Below, piece by piece: positions 16,160 through 23,699 of a DNA stretch of 51,901 nucleotides. A program made the translations under genes and the position numbers. The first letter of the stretch is position 1. Each line of letters starts with the position of its first letter. Source of the DNA: a virus; IMG/VR virus record IMGVR_UViG_3300009658_000001, one strand, 5' to 3'. A model generated the notes under the pieces. The model worked only from the letters and a program-made list of their open reading frames with translations, did no database searches and was not told the DNA's origin.

Positions 16160-17781
16160 CGCGCGAACTCCTCGTGACCACGGGTCACAACAGCTCAGCG
16201 ATACTGCTCGAGGACGGGATCGTCCAATGGGGCTACGAGACTGAGCGTCTGACCGGCGTGAAGTCCGACAGCAGGTGGCCGCTCGAGCACCTCGAACGAT
16301 GGGGTCAGTCCGTCGGCAAGGTCGACGTGGCCTACGTCACGCACTGGGCGCCGGACGGGCAGTTGTCCAGCATGTCGGCGAAGCACTACGACCCACTCCC
16401 TCACCTCGAGGGCGTGCCCATCGTGTCGCTCAGCGCCGACCCGGCCGATGGTCGCACCCACCACGACACGCACGCTCACGCAGCGCTCGCCTACGCGGGG
16501 CAGAACTTTCCGCGAGAGGGCGCCTACTGCCTCGTCGTGGACGGATTCGGCGTGTGCGGCGAGCACTTCAGCGCGTACTCACTGTCGTCCGGTCAGCCGG
16601 AACTGGTGAAGCGCGTGCACGGCTACGACACCAGTCTCGGTCTGTGGTATCAGTACGCGACGGCGTTCCTCGGGCTCAAGATGCACGAGGACGAGTACAA
16701 GCTATTAGGCTACGAGGCCTACGTGGCGCCTGAGCTGTGGCCGAGGGTGCAGAAACTGGCGCTCCACACCTCGTTCGAATGGCTGGACGCGATGAGCAAG
16801 AGCGTCTTCGGGAGCGCCTACGACCCTCTGTATTCGACGGAGGCCCTGCCCAAGACGAAGGAGCTCGTCTTCAAGCGACTCCTCTGGGCCGCTCGAGAGC
16901 TCGGCGTCGAGGACAGCACGTCGTTCGAGGGCCGCGCGATTCTGGCGTGCTACGTGCAGGCCGTCCTCGAGAAGGTCGTGCTGAGCGTGGTGGGCGATCT
17001 GAAGCCGAAACACCTGCTCGTGAGCGGCGGCGTCTTCTACAACGTCAAGCTGAACCTCAAACTGCTGAAGTCGATCGAAGGCAAGTTCTGCGCCTACCCG
17101 CTCGCGGGCGATCAGGGCAACGCGCTCGGTCTGTACGCCAAACTGCACCCTCAGTGGAGGTTCCCGAACAACCTCTTCTGGGGCAAGCGAGTACTGCGCG
17201 ACGTGCAGGGCGTGCCTAACCTCTTCGTCGGCGACGAGGTGGAGGTCCTCAGCGCCGTCAAGCGACAGCTGCGGTCGGTCGGATTCGTCAACCTCGTGCG
17301 CGGCGACATGGAGTTCGGCCCGAGGGCCCTGTGCAACACCAGTACGCTCGCATTGCCGACCAAAGCCAATGTCGAGCGAATCAACGCGATGAACGACCGC
17401 AACACGGTCATGCCGATGGCGCCTGTCATGACGTCGTCGCGCTACCTCGAGTTGTTCGAGGACACGAAGCGCGTGTGGCGGTCACAGCAGCACATGATCG
17501 TGGCCATGGAGTACGCCGAGCACCCTCTGCCTGAGATGATGGGCGTCGCGCACGGGTACGAGCGGCCGAACCGCCACCACACGGGGCGACCGCAAGTCGT
17601 CGGCGACGACCCGTTCATGACGTCACTGCTGGACGAGTTCGGCGGCGTGCTGATCAACACAAGTTTCAACTATCATGGGAGGCCGATCGCCCTCGGAACC
17701 GACTCTATCGTGAGCAACCACATGGCGATGCTGGACCGTGAGCCCAGCGTCGTCACCACCGTCGTAAGGAGTGACAATTGA
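16156..17781 (+). CDS. NodU/CmcH-family O-carbamoyltransferase
   Basis: N-terminal TTGHNSSAILLEDG...ETERLTGVK, HHDTHAHAA and LVVDGFG, plus C-terminal RGDMEFGPRALCNTS and INTSFNYHGRPI. All are typical of carbamoyltransferase N and C domains. Confidence 0.85.
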   Translation: MTRELLVTTGHNSSAILLEDGIVQWGYETERLTGVKSDSRWPLEHLERWGQSVGKVDVAYVTHWAPDGQLSSMSAKHYDPLPHLEGVPIVSLSADPADGRTHHDTHAHAALAYAGQNFPREGAYCLVVDGFGVCGEHFSAYSLSSGQPELVKRVHGYDTSLGLWYQYATAFLGLKMHEDEYKLLGYEAYVAPELWPRVQKLALHTSFEWLDAMSKSVFGSAYDPLYSTEALPKTKELVFKRLLWAARELGVEDSTSFEGRAILACYVQAVLEKVVLSVVGDLKPKHLLVSGGVFYNVKLNLKLLKSIEGKFCAYPLAGDQGNALGLYAKLHPQWRFPNNLFWGKRVLRDVQGVPNLFVGDEVEVLSAVKRQLRSVGFVNLVRGDMEFGPRALCNTSTLALPTKANVERINAMNDRNTVMPMAPVMTSSRYLELFEDTKRVWRSQQHMIVAMEYAEHPLPEMMGVAHGYERPNRHHTGRPQVVGDDPFMTSLLDEFGGVLINTSFNYHGRPIALGTDSIVSNHMAMLDREPSVVTTVVRSDN

Positions 17782-18176
17782 CTGACATCATCGACCAAAT
17801 TTTTGACTTCAACGAGCAAGTCATCGGCACGGGCGACGTGCCGTTGAACGCCTTGACCGAGAAGCAGCACAATTGGACGCAGGCCTTCTGTGCCGAGGAG
17901 CTGATCGAGCTGCGCGAGGCCTTCGAGGCGCAGGACATCGTCAAGATGGTGGACGCTGTGGGCGACCTCATCTACGGCGCGATGGGCACGTTCAAGAAAA
18001 TGGGCCTCACGCGCGAACAGGTCGGCGCGGCCTTCACCGCGATCCACACGGCCAACATGACCAAAAAGCGCGGTGACAAGGGACGTGGCTCCGACGAGGA
18101 CGCCACTAAGCCGGCGGACTTCGTGCCGCCCGAGGAGGCGATCGGTCACATCCTGTTCGGCGAGGTCGACGCATGA
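17778..18176 (+). CDS. All-alpha NTP pyrophosphohydrolase (MazG/HisE-like), candidate dCTPase
   Basis: TTGA overlap start. The EELIELREA...VDAVGDLIY...AIHTANMTKK pattern is that of MazG-like phage NTP-PPases. Confidence 0.65.
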   Translation: MTDIIDQIFDFNEQVIGTGDVPLNALTEKQHNWTQAFCAEELIELREAFEAQDIVKMVDAVGDLIYGAMGTFKKMGLTREQVGAAFTAIHTANMTKKRGDKGRGSDEDATKPADFVPPEEAIGHILFGEVDA

Positions 18177-18742
18177 GCCGGATCGTGCTGGAGGGGCCAG
18201 ACCACGCCGGCAAGACCACGCTCGCGAAGCGGCTGTGCACGATCACCGGTGCCAAGTACCACCACCCGGGCGGCGCACCCGCCGACGAGACGGCGGAGCG
18301 GGCGTGCCTCATGGAACAGCAGCTCCTGATCGAGCGCGCGGGCCCGCTCGTCCTCGACCGCGTCACGTGCGTATCGCAGCAGGTGTACAACCCGAACGAG
18401 GCCCTCGACCCCGTGCGGACCCGCTGCCTGGACACCATGTGCACGTCGCCGTTCGTCTTTGTGGTGTACTGCCGCCCGCCGAACGAGCACCTCGTGGACG
18501 TGGGCAATTACACCTGGCGCCCCGAAGAGACTGAGGAGCACCGCCAGAAAATCGTGACGAGGGCCTTCGAGTGGGTGGAGCGGTACGACCGCGTCATGGA
18601 GAAGGTGCCGCACCTGTCGTACGACTTCAAGGACGTCGCGGCGGCCGAGACGCTCGAGACCGCGCTCATCGGCGCGCTCACCGAGGACGGCCTCTGGATG
18701 CAGTGGCTGAGCGCAACGGTCCTATCGGGGGGTCGGAGATGA
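18173..18742 (+). CDS. Thymidylate-kinase-like dNMP kinase
   Basis: ATGA overlap start. It has the P-loop LEGPDHAGKTTLAKRL and a DRV..SQQVY motif. Confidence 0.7.
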   Translation: MSRIVLEGPDHAGKTTLAKRLCTITGAKYHHPGGAPADETAERACLMEQQLLIERAGPLVLDRVTCVSQQVYNPNEALDPVRTRCLDTMCTSPFVFVVYCRPPNEHLVDVGNYTWRPEETEEHRQKIVTRAFEWVERYDRVMEKVPHLSYDFKDVAAAETLETALIGALTEDGLWMQWLSATVLSGGRR

Positions 18743-19545
18743 GGCTGGTCAGGACCCCGTTCAACCGCGACACGTTCTACGAGGCCTATCAAGCGGTCAT
18801 GCTCGCGCACGAGTCGAGGCCTCGGGGCCAGCTCGTGCGCGACCTCCGCGGGGTGTGCCTCGTGTTCGACCTCGACCAGCCTCTGCTGACGTCGTTCGAG
18901 GACCGCAAGCTGAACCTGAACTACTGCAAGCGGGAGTGGCTGTGGTACCTCGGCGCTGACCCTTACGACGACAGCATCGTCGAGCACGCCAAGATGTGGG
19001 CCAAGTTGAAGCAGCCGGACGGCCGCTACCTCAGCAACTACGGCCAGTACGTCTTCGGCGGGCGCTCGAGTCAGTTCGCGTACGCGGTGCACCAGCTGCG
19101 GGTCGACCCTGACAGTCGCAGGGCGAGCATCGTGCTGCTGGACCGCGACCACCTGTTCTTCGAGAACGTCGACACGGTCTGCACGTACGCCATCAACTTC
19201 GCGATCGTGCGGGGCCGCTTCAACATGACGGTGCACATGCGCAGCAACGACGTCGTGTTCGGCCTCACCAACGACGCGTTCTGCTTCTCGCAGATCGCGG
19301 AGTTCGCGTACCAGAAGCTGTTGCAGTGGCACCCGAACCTGCTGCGCGGCGAGTACGTCCACATCGCCGACTCGTTGCATGTGTACGAGCGGCACTTCGA
19401 GATGCTCGAGCGAATCCTGGAGAGCCCGAAATGGTCGCCGATCGACGTGCCTCGCCCCACGTTGGCAGAGGTGCGGAAGCTGATCAGTTCGCGCGGTCAA
19501 GAGGGTGAGGGAGTGTACTGTGACTGGCTCAAGACCGTCGATTGA
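18739..19545 (+). CDS. Thymidylate-synthase-fold dCMP hydroxymethylase (T4 gp42-like)
   Basis: ATGA overlap start. SNYGQYVF, DPDSRRASIVL, DTVCTYAINF, HMRSNDVVFGLTNDAF and SLHVYERHF parallel T4 gp42 (MRSNDVVFGFRNDYAW) as recalled from memory. An Asp occupies the base-specificity position. Confidence 0.8.
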   Translation: MRLVRTPFNRDTFYEAYQAVMLAHESRPRGQLVRDLRGVCLVFDLDQPLLTSFEDRKLNLNYCKREWLWYLGADPYDDSIVEHAKMWAKLKQPDGRYLSNYGQYVFGGRSSQFAYAVHQLRVDPDSRRASIVLLDRDHLFFENVDTVCTYAINFAIVRGRFNMTVHMRSNDVVFGLTNDAFCFSQIAEFAYQKLLQWHPNLLRGEYVHIADSLHVYERHFEMLERILESPKWSPIDVPRPTLAEVRKLISSRGQEGEGVYCDWLKTVD

Positions 19546-20038
19546 CGAGTACTTCCTGCAAATGGCGGAGTTGGCCTCGAGCCGGGCCACCTGCCGCCGC
19601 AGGGCCGTCGGCTGCGTGCTCGTCGACGGGGCGAACCACGTGCTCAGCACCGGCCACAACGGCGTTGCCAAGGGGCTCCCTCATTGCAACGAAGTCACGG
19701 AAACGCTCTCGTTCGAGTCCGTCAACGGTCGACGCCCCGAACACTGGGAGGAGCGGTCGATCAAGGTCTACGGCCACTCGTGCCCAGGCGCTGCGTGCAA
19801 GCCGGGCGAGGGCCTCCACCTGTGCGAGGCCATCCACGCGGAGCAGAACGCGCTCGTGCAGTGTCGTGACACCTCCGCCGTTTTCACAGTTTACTGCACC
19901 GCCAGTCCGTGTGTGCAGTGCATGCGCCTGATCCTCGGGACAGGGGCCAAGCGCATCGTCTTCCGCCAGGAGTATCCACATGCCCAATCGAAAGAACTCG
20001 CGGAGCGCGCCGGAATCGAGTGGCTACGTCTTGGCTGA
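19520..20038 (+). CDS. dCMP deaminase
   Basis: Zinc motifs HAEQNA and SPCVQC. The GTG at 19520 follows gagggag; an alternative GTG lies at 19505. Confidence 0.85.
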   Translation: MTGSRPSIDEYFLQMAELASSRATCRRRAVGCVLVDGANHVLSTGHNGVAKGLPHCNEVTETLSFESVNGRRPEHWEERSIKVYGHSCPGAACKPGEGLHLCEAIHAEQNALVQCRDTSAVFTVYCTASPCVQCMRLILGTGAKRIVFRQEYPHAQSKELAERAGIEWLRLG

Positions 20039-20246
20039 CTTCGAGGCGTTCTTCGCCGAAGTCAACCAGGGCGCCCACCACTCAGCCCAGACCAAGCGTT
20101 CGTGGCAATTGATCTACTTCAGCGCGTACCTCGCCTGCTACAACCGACTCATGTCCACACTCCGCGCGGACAATGACCCTCGCGTGGCCGCTGAGGTGAC
20201 CGCCGCCGTGAGACAGGAGTTGATCGATTTTCACCATCTTGAATAG
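19980..20246 (+). CDS. Hypothetical protein (start uncertain, possibly TTG at 20031)
   Basis: 88-aa ORF that overlaps the deaminase 3' end by 59 nt. No clear RBS. Confidence 0.3.
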   Translation: MPNRKNSRSAPESSGYVLADFEAFFAEVNQGAHHSAQTKRSWQLIYFSAYLACYNRLMSTLRADNDPRVAAEVTAAVRQELIDFHHLE

Positions 20247-20264
20247 GGATGCAGTACAATGGTA
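20245..20264 (+). promoter_or_regulatory. Promoter, class II (GTACAATGGTA type)
   Basis: gggatgcaGTACAATGGTAac upstream of the ligase gene. Confidence 0.45.
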
Positions 20265-20284
20265 ACTGAAAGGAGAGTCGGTCA

Positions 20285-21394
20285 ATGCTTTACGAAGTGA
20301 AAATGTGGCGCAGGAACGCGCTGGGCCTTGGCACATGGAGGGTGTACGGCCTGCCGCCCGACAACCGGTCGAGGGGCCGCGTGGTGATCATGCACGCATC
20401 CACCGAGGGCGGCTCCGAGATCTCGCACGTGGACGACGTGTTCGTCAACAAATCAGGTCGCACCATCGAAGAGCAAATGAAGCTCGAGATAGACTCTCGC
20501 TGCTCCCGCATGCGGGACAAGGGCTACAAGCTGTCCCGCGAAGAGGCCTTGCAGGGCGCGACCAATCAGCTCGGACTAATCAACCCGATGCTCGCGCAGA
20601 AGGTGCAGGACGTGAGGCTCACGGCCGCCGACTTCGCCGCGAACGGTGCGTTCGTACAGCCCAAGTACGACGGGCACCGCTGCCTCGTGACCAAGCGGGA
20701 CGGTGACATGCTGGCGTACAGCCGCAAGGGCAAGCCCATCGAGACGATCGGCCACGTGCTCGAGCAGCTGTACCCGATCATGCAGGACGGTGACACGTTC
20801 GACGGAGAGCTGTACGTGCACGGCCAGCCGCTGCAGGCCATCTCGAGCCTTATCAAGCGCGATCAGGCCGGGAGCCGTGCCCTGACCTTCAGGTGGTACG
20901 ACCTGTGCGACCTGAAGCGCGTCTTCCGCGACCGCTACAACCTCATGGTGGATCTGCACGCGAGCGTGGTCGACAAGTCGGCCGTGCAGCTGACGCCCAC
21001 CGGGCGCGTCGACAGCATGTCCAAGGTCTACGACTTCTTCCGCAAGTGTCGCCAGAAGGGGTACGAGGGCGCGATGCTCAGACTCAGCAGAGCCGGTTAC
21101 GAGACCGCCAGACGAGCCAGTCAACTGCTCAAAGTCAAGGAGCGGGAGGACTGCGAGGTCACGACGATCGGCTGTAAGCCATCGGCGCGCGGGTGGGCCG
21201 TGCTCAGGGTGCGCGCCGATTGGGGAGCGGAGTTCGACGTGTCGGCCCCCGGCAGTGTAGACGAGAAGGTCGAGGTGTTGAAGAACTACGAGGAGCGGTA
21301 CCACAACCGGCGGCTCACCGTCGAGTACGCTTGTCTGACGACCGAGCGGGTACCGTTTCACTGTGTAGCGGTGCGCTGGCACGAGGAGGTGTGA
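20285..21394 (+). CDS. ATP-dependent DNA ligase
   Basis: Adenylation motif QPKYDGHRC and an RBS (aaaggagag). Confidence 0.85.
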   Translation: MLYEVKMWRRNALGLGTWRVYGLPPDNRSRGRVVIMHASTEGGSEISHVDDVFVNKSGRTIEEQMKLEIDSRCSRMRDKGYKLSREEALQGATNQLGLINPMLAQKVQDVRLTAADFAANGAFVQPKYDGHRCLVTKRDGDMLAYSRKGKPIETIGHVLEQLYPIMQDGDTFDGELYVHGQPLQAISSLIKRDQAGSRALTFRWYDLCDLKRVFRDRYNLMVDLHASVVDKSAVQLTPTGRVDSMSKVYDFFRKCRQKGYEGAMLRLSRAGYETARRASQLLKVKEREDCEVTTIGCKPSARGWAVLRVRADWGAEFDVSAPGSVDEKVEVLKNYEERYHNRRLTVEYACLTTERVPFHCVAVRWHEEV

Positions 21395-21564
21395 TGAAGA
21401 CGAACGAGTTGTGGTGCGCGAGCTGCCTCAGGGCGGACGTGCCGCTGTTCAGGGCCAATGAGAAGGGCGCGCCCGGGATATGGAAGTGCGGTCGCTGCTG
21501 CGATCGGCCGATCGACCCGGCGGTCAAGGAGATCGTGGACGTCGTTCACAGGAAGGAATCGTGA
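21394..21564 (+). CDS. Small zinc-ribbon protein
   Basis: TGATG overlap start. The ORF is 56 aa and contains CASC...CGRCC. Confidence 0.5.
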   Translation: MKTNELWCASCLRADVPLFRANEKGAPGIWKCGRCCDRPIDPAVKEIVDVVHRKES

Positions 21565-21782
21565 TGGATCAGTTGAGCTTGCCGTTCGATTCCTACACCG
21601 TCAACGAGCGCACGATCTCAGTGCTGTACACCGACGAAGCCGGTTTGAGGCGGTGGCGCGACGTGCTGCCCAAACAGATCGCGTTCGGCCGCGGCGCTTG
21701 GTGGCTCGAAGCGATCGCTGACGATCAGTTCGTGCGCCTGCGCCTCACCTCCATCGAGGGCGTCCGAAAGGTGCCGTCGTGA
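21564..21782 (+). CDS. Hypothetical protein
   Basis: 72-aa ORF coupled to the upstream gene by a TGATG overlap. Confidence 0.5.
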   Translation: MDQLSLPFDSYTVNERTISVLYTDEAGLRRWRDVLPKQIAFGRGAWWLEAIADDQFVRLRLTSIEGVRKVPS

Positions 21783-22012
21783 GGTGCCACCAGCACTCCA
21801 CCAACAACATGCTGCTCGGCGCGAACGGCATACCCAACTGCGAGACCGTGCCGGCCACCATGGTGGTCGAAGAGGACGGGTCCGGGCGGATTCTGACGTT
21901 CTGGCGACCGAGCCCTGAGGAGCTCGCCGGCCTCAACGCAGGTCACTCAGTGTGTCTGCACGTGGTGGGCAAGTTCCACCCGCCCGTCTGCCTCACCGTG
22001 GAGGCGCCGTGA
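21779..22012 (+). CDS. Hypothetical protein
   Basis: 77-aa ORF with a GTGA overlap start. Confidence 0.5.
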   Translation: MRCHQHSTNNMLLGANGIPNCETVPATMVVEEDGSGRILTFWRPSPEELAGLNAGHSVCLHVVGKFHPPVCLTVEAP

Positions 22013-22446
22013 TCGAAGAGGTGTACCGCGACGGGTTCAACCTCCTCTGCGGCAACGAGGTGGCGACCGGCATGACGAGGACGGTCTTCGAGTGCAACGT
22101 GGACAAGAGCCTCGTGGTCAAGGTCGAGAAGGCCGAGGTGCGCACGCACTTTCAGAACCTCGTCGAGTGGATGGCGTGGAAGCGGGTCGCCGGCACCGAG
22201 TTCGAGAAATGGTTCGCGCCGGTGGTCGAGATCAGCCCGGACGGCCGCCTCTTGCTGATGAAGAGGGTCGAGCACGCCCCGTCGCACATGCTGCCGGACA
22301 GGCTGCCGGCGTTCTTCACGGACTTCAAGCCGTCGAATTACGGATTTTACGAGGGTCGGGTCGTCTGCTGCGACTACGGCAGCCATCTGTTGCACGAGGT
22401 GGGCATGACGAAGCGCGTCAGGCGAGTTGATTGGAGGGAGCGATGA
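22009..22446 (+). CDS. Minimal protein-kinase-like protein
   Basis: GTGA overlap start. It has a Gly-rich loop (GNEVATGMTRTVF), VVKVEK, the catalytic-loop-like DFKPSNYG and a DYG. Confidence 0.5.
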   Translation: MIEEVYRDGFNLLCGNEVATGMTRTVFECNVDKSLVVKVEKAEVRTHFQNLVEWMAWKRVAGTEFEKWFAPVVEISPDGRLLLMKRVEHAPSHMLPDRLPAFFTDFKPSNYGFYEGRVVCCDYGSHLLHEVGMTKRVRRVDWRER

Positions 22447-22595
22447 CGATTACGAGGATACCAGAGGACGCCGTGCACCTGTGGCCGGACGGCACATGGT
22501 GCTGGCACTACGAGCTCGGCGAGTACGTCCACATGTCCGACGATTACAAGGTGCTCCTGCCCGACAGCAGTGAGTACGAGGAGTTCTTCGAATGA
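22443..22595 (+). CDS. Small protein of 50 aa, absent from the ORF track
   Basis: Hand translation gives MTITRIPEDAVHLWPDGTWCWHYELGEYVHMSDDYKVLLPDSSEYEEFFE. There are ATGA overlaps at both ends. Confidence 0.5.
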   Translation: MTITRIPEDAVHLWPDGTWCWHYELGEYVHMSDDYKVLLPDSSEYEEFFE

Positions 22596-23011
22596 TCAAG
22601 TACGTGCTCGGTTTCGCCTTCGACGACCTTGGTCGCGTAGCGCTCGTGCAGAAGGAGCGGCCTGCTTGGCAGAGCGGCAAGCTCAACGGCCTCGGTGGCC
22701 ACATCGAGCCGCGAGAGACAGCCCTCGACGCGATGGTGCGGGAGTTCCACGAGGAGGCCGGCGTCGTCGTGCCCGACTGGACCGTCGTCGGCGTCATGCG
22801 CGGACCGGACTGGCATGTCACCGTACTGACGGCGGTCTCGCCAGAGGTCCGCAACGTGACGACCGTCACAGACGAGCTCGTGATGCTGTACGTGCCGGGC
22901 AGCCTATCGCCGAGGGACTGTCTCGCGAACGTCATCCCGCTCGTGCAGCTGTGCAGCCTGCTGCCAGAGCCGCCGTCGAACAAGCGACCGACCTTCGTTC
23001 TTTACTACTGA
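22592..23011 (+). CDS. Nudix hydrolase
   Basis: Nudix box GLGGHIEPRETALDAMVREFHEEAGV. Confidence 0.8.
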   Translation: MIKYVLGFAFDDLGRVALVQKERPAWQSGKLNGLGGHIEPRETALDAMVREFHEEAGVVVPDWTVVGVMRGPDWHVTVLTAVSPEVRNVTTVTDELVMLYVPGSLSPRDCLANVIPLVQLCSLLPEPPSNKRPTFVLYY

Positions 23012-23015
23012 CGCG

Positions 23016-23093
23016 CGTCCGGGAGTCCGTAACGTATGTCCGGGACTCCCGGCACCTTGGTCAGTATGAATACACGTTAGTGGCTCCCGGACG
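23016..23093 (+). repeat. GGCTCCCGGACG element, copy B: a long imperfect inverted repeat
   Basis: The outer arms are CGTCCGGGAG and CTCCCGGACG. The element has a central palindrome CCGGGACTCCCGG and GAATACACGT before the 3' arm. Confidence 0.7.
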
Positions 23094-23114
23094 TACGTCG
23101 CACAAGGAGGTCAG

Positions 23115-23645
23115 ATGAACCCAGTATACGCAGTCGGCGGTCTCGCTGCCGCCGGAGCGCTAGCTTACTGCGGCTACGCGCTCTACGGGGCAGGCCAAGC
23201 GTCGGTGCGCGCCGAGTGGGACCGCTCGAAGTTGGTGTGGGCGGAGCAGAGGTCGGCGCTCGAGGAGCGCGTTCGTGGCTTCGAAAGGGGCCTTCCACTG
23301 ATACAGAAGGAGTTGGACGATGCAAGGTCGCTCGCGGAAACCAAAGCAGCTGAACTGCTGGCTCTTCAGCGCGCTCGCGCTGACACTGCTGTCGCAGGGC
23401 TGCGCGACGCCAACCGCTCCCTCGCCGAGCGGATCGCTCCCAAGTCCGACGATTCCGCCGCTCTCCTCGAGTGCAAGGCAGCTGCCGCTGCCTACAGAGA
23501 CGTATTCGGAGCGTGTGTCGACCGATATCGAGAGTTGGGCGAACGAGCTCAAGCGGACCAGTCGAGGCGCTTCCTCGCCGGTCAACAGTGCGAGCGCTCC
23601 TACGACGCCGTCGAGGCCGGACTGAGAGAGCTGTCCGAGCGTTGA
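23115..23645 (+). CDS. Rz: i-spanin (Rz-like)
   Basis: N-terminal TM segment (VGGLAAAGALAYCGYALYG) followed by a long coiled coil. RBS aaggagg. An embedded lipoprotein ORF lies in the +1 frame. Confidence 0.7.
   Translation: MNPVYAVGGLAAAGALAYCGYALYGAGQASVRAEWDRSKLVWAEQRSALEERVRGFERGLPLIQKELDDARSLAETKAAELLALQRARADTAVAGLRDANRSLAERIAPKSDDSAALLECKAAAAAYRDVFGACVDRYRELGERAQADQSRRFLAGQQCERSYDAVEAGLRELSER
23320..23625 (+). CDS. Rz1: o-spanin (Rz1-like) lipoprotein, fully embedded in Rz
   Basis: Signal peptide with a lipobox-like end (LFSALALTLLSQGC), followed by a Pro/Ser-rich mature region. Confidence 0.6.
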   Translation: MQGRSRKPKQLNCWLFSALALTLLSQGCATPTAPSPSGSLPSPTIPPLSSSARQLPLPTETYSERVSTDIESWANELKRTSRGASSPVNSASAPTTPSRPD

Positions 23646-23659
23646 TCATTCAGTACGAC

Positions 23660-23699
23660 GATCAAAGCGGTGTACACCTCGATCGTGTCGTCGTACAAT
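23660..23699 (+). promoter_or_regulatory. Sigma70-like promoter, class I
   Basis: GATCAAAGcggTGTACA, a 17-nt spacer, then TACAAT (23694-23699). Confidence 0.65.
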
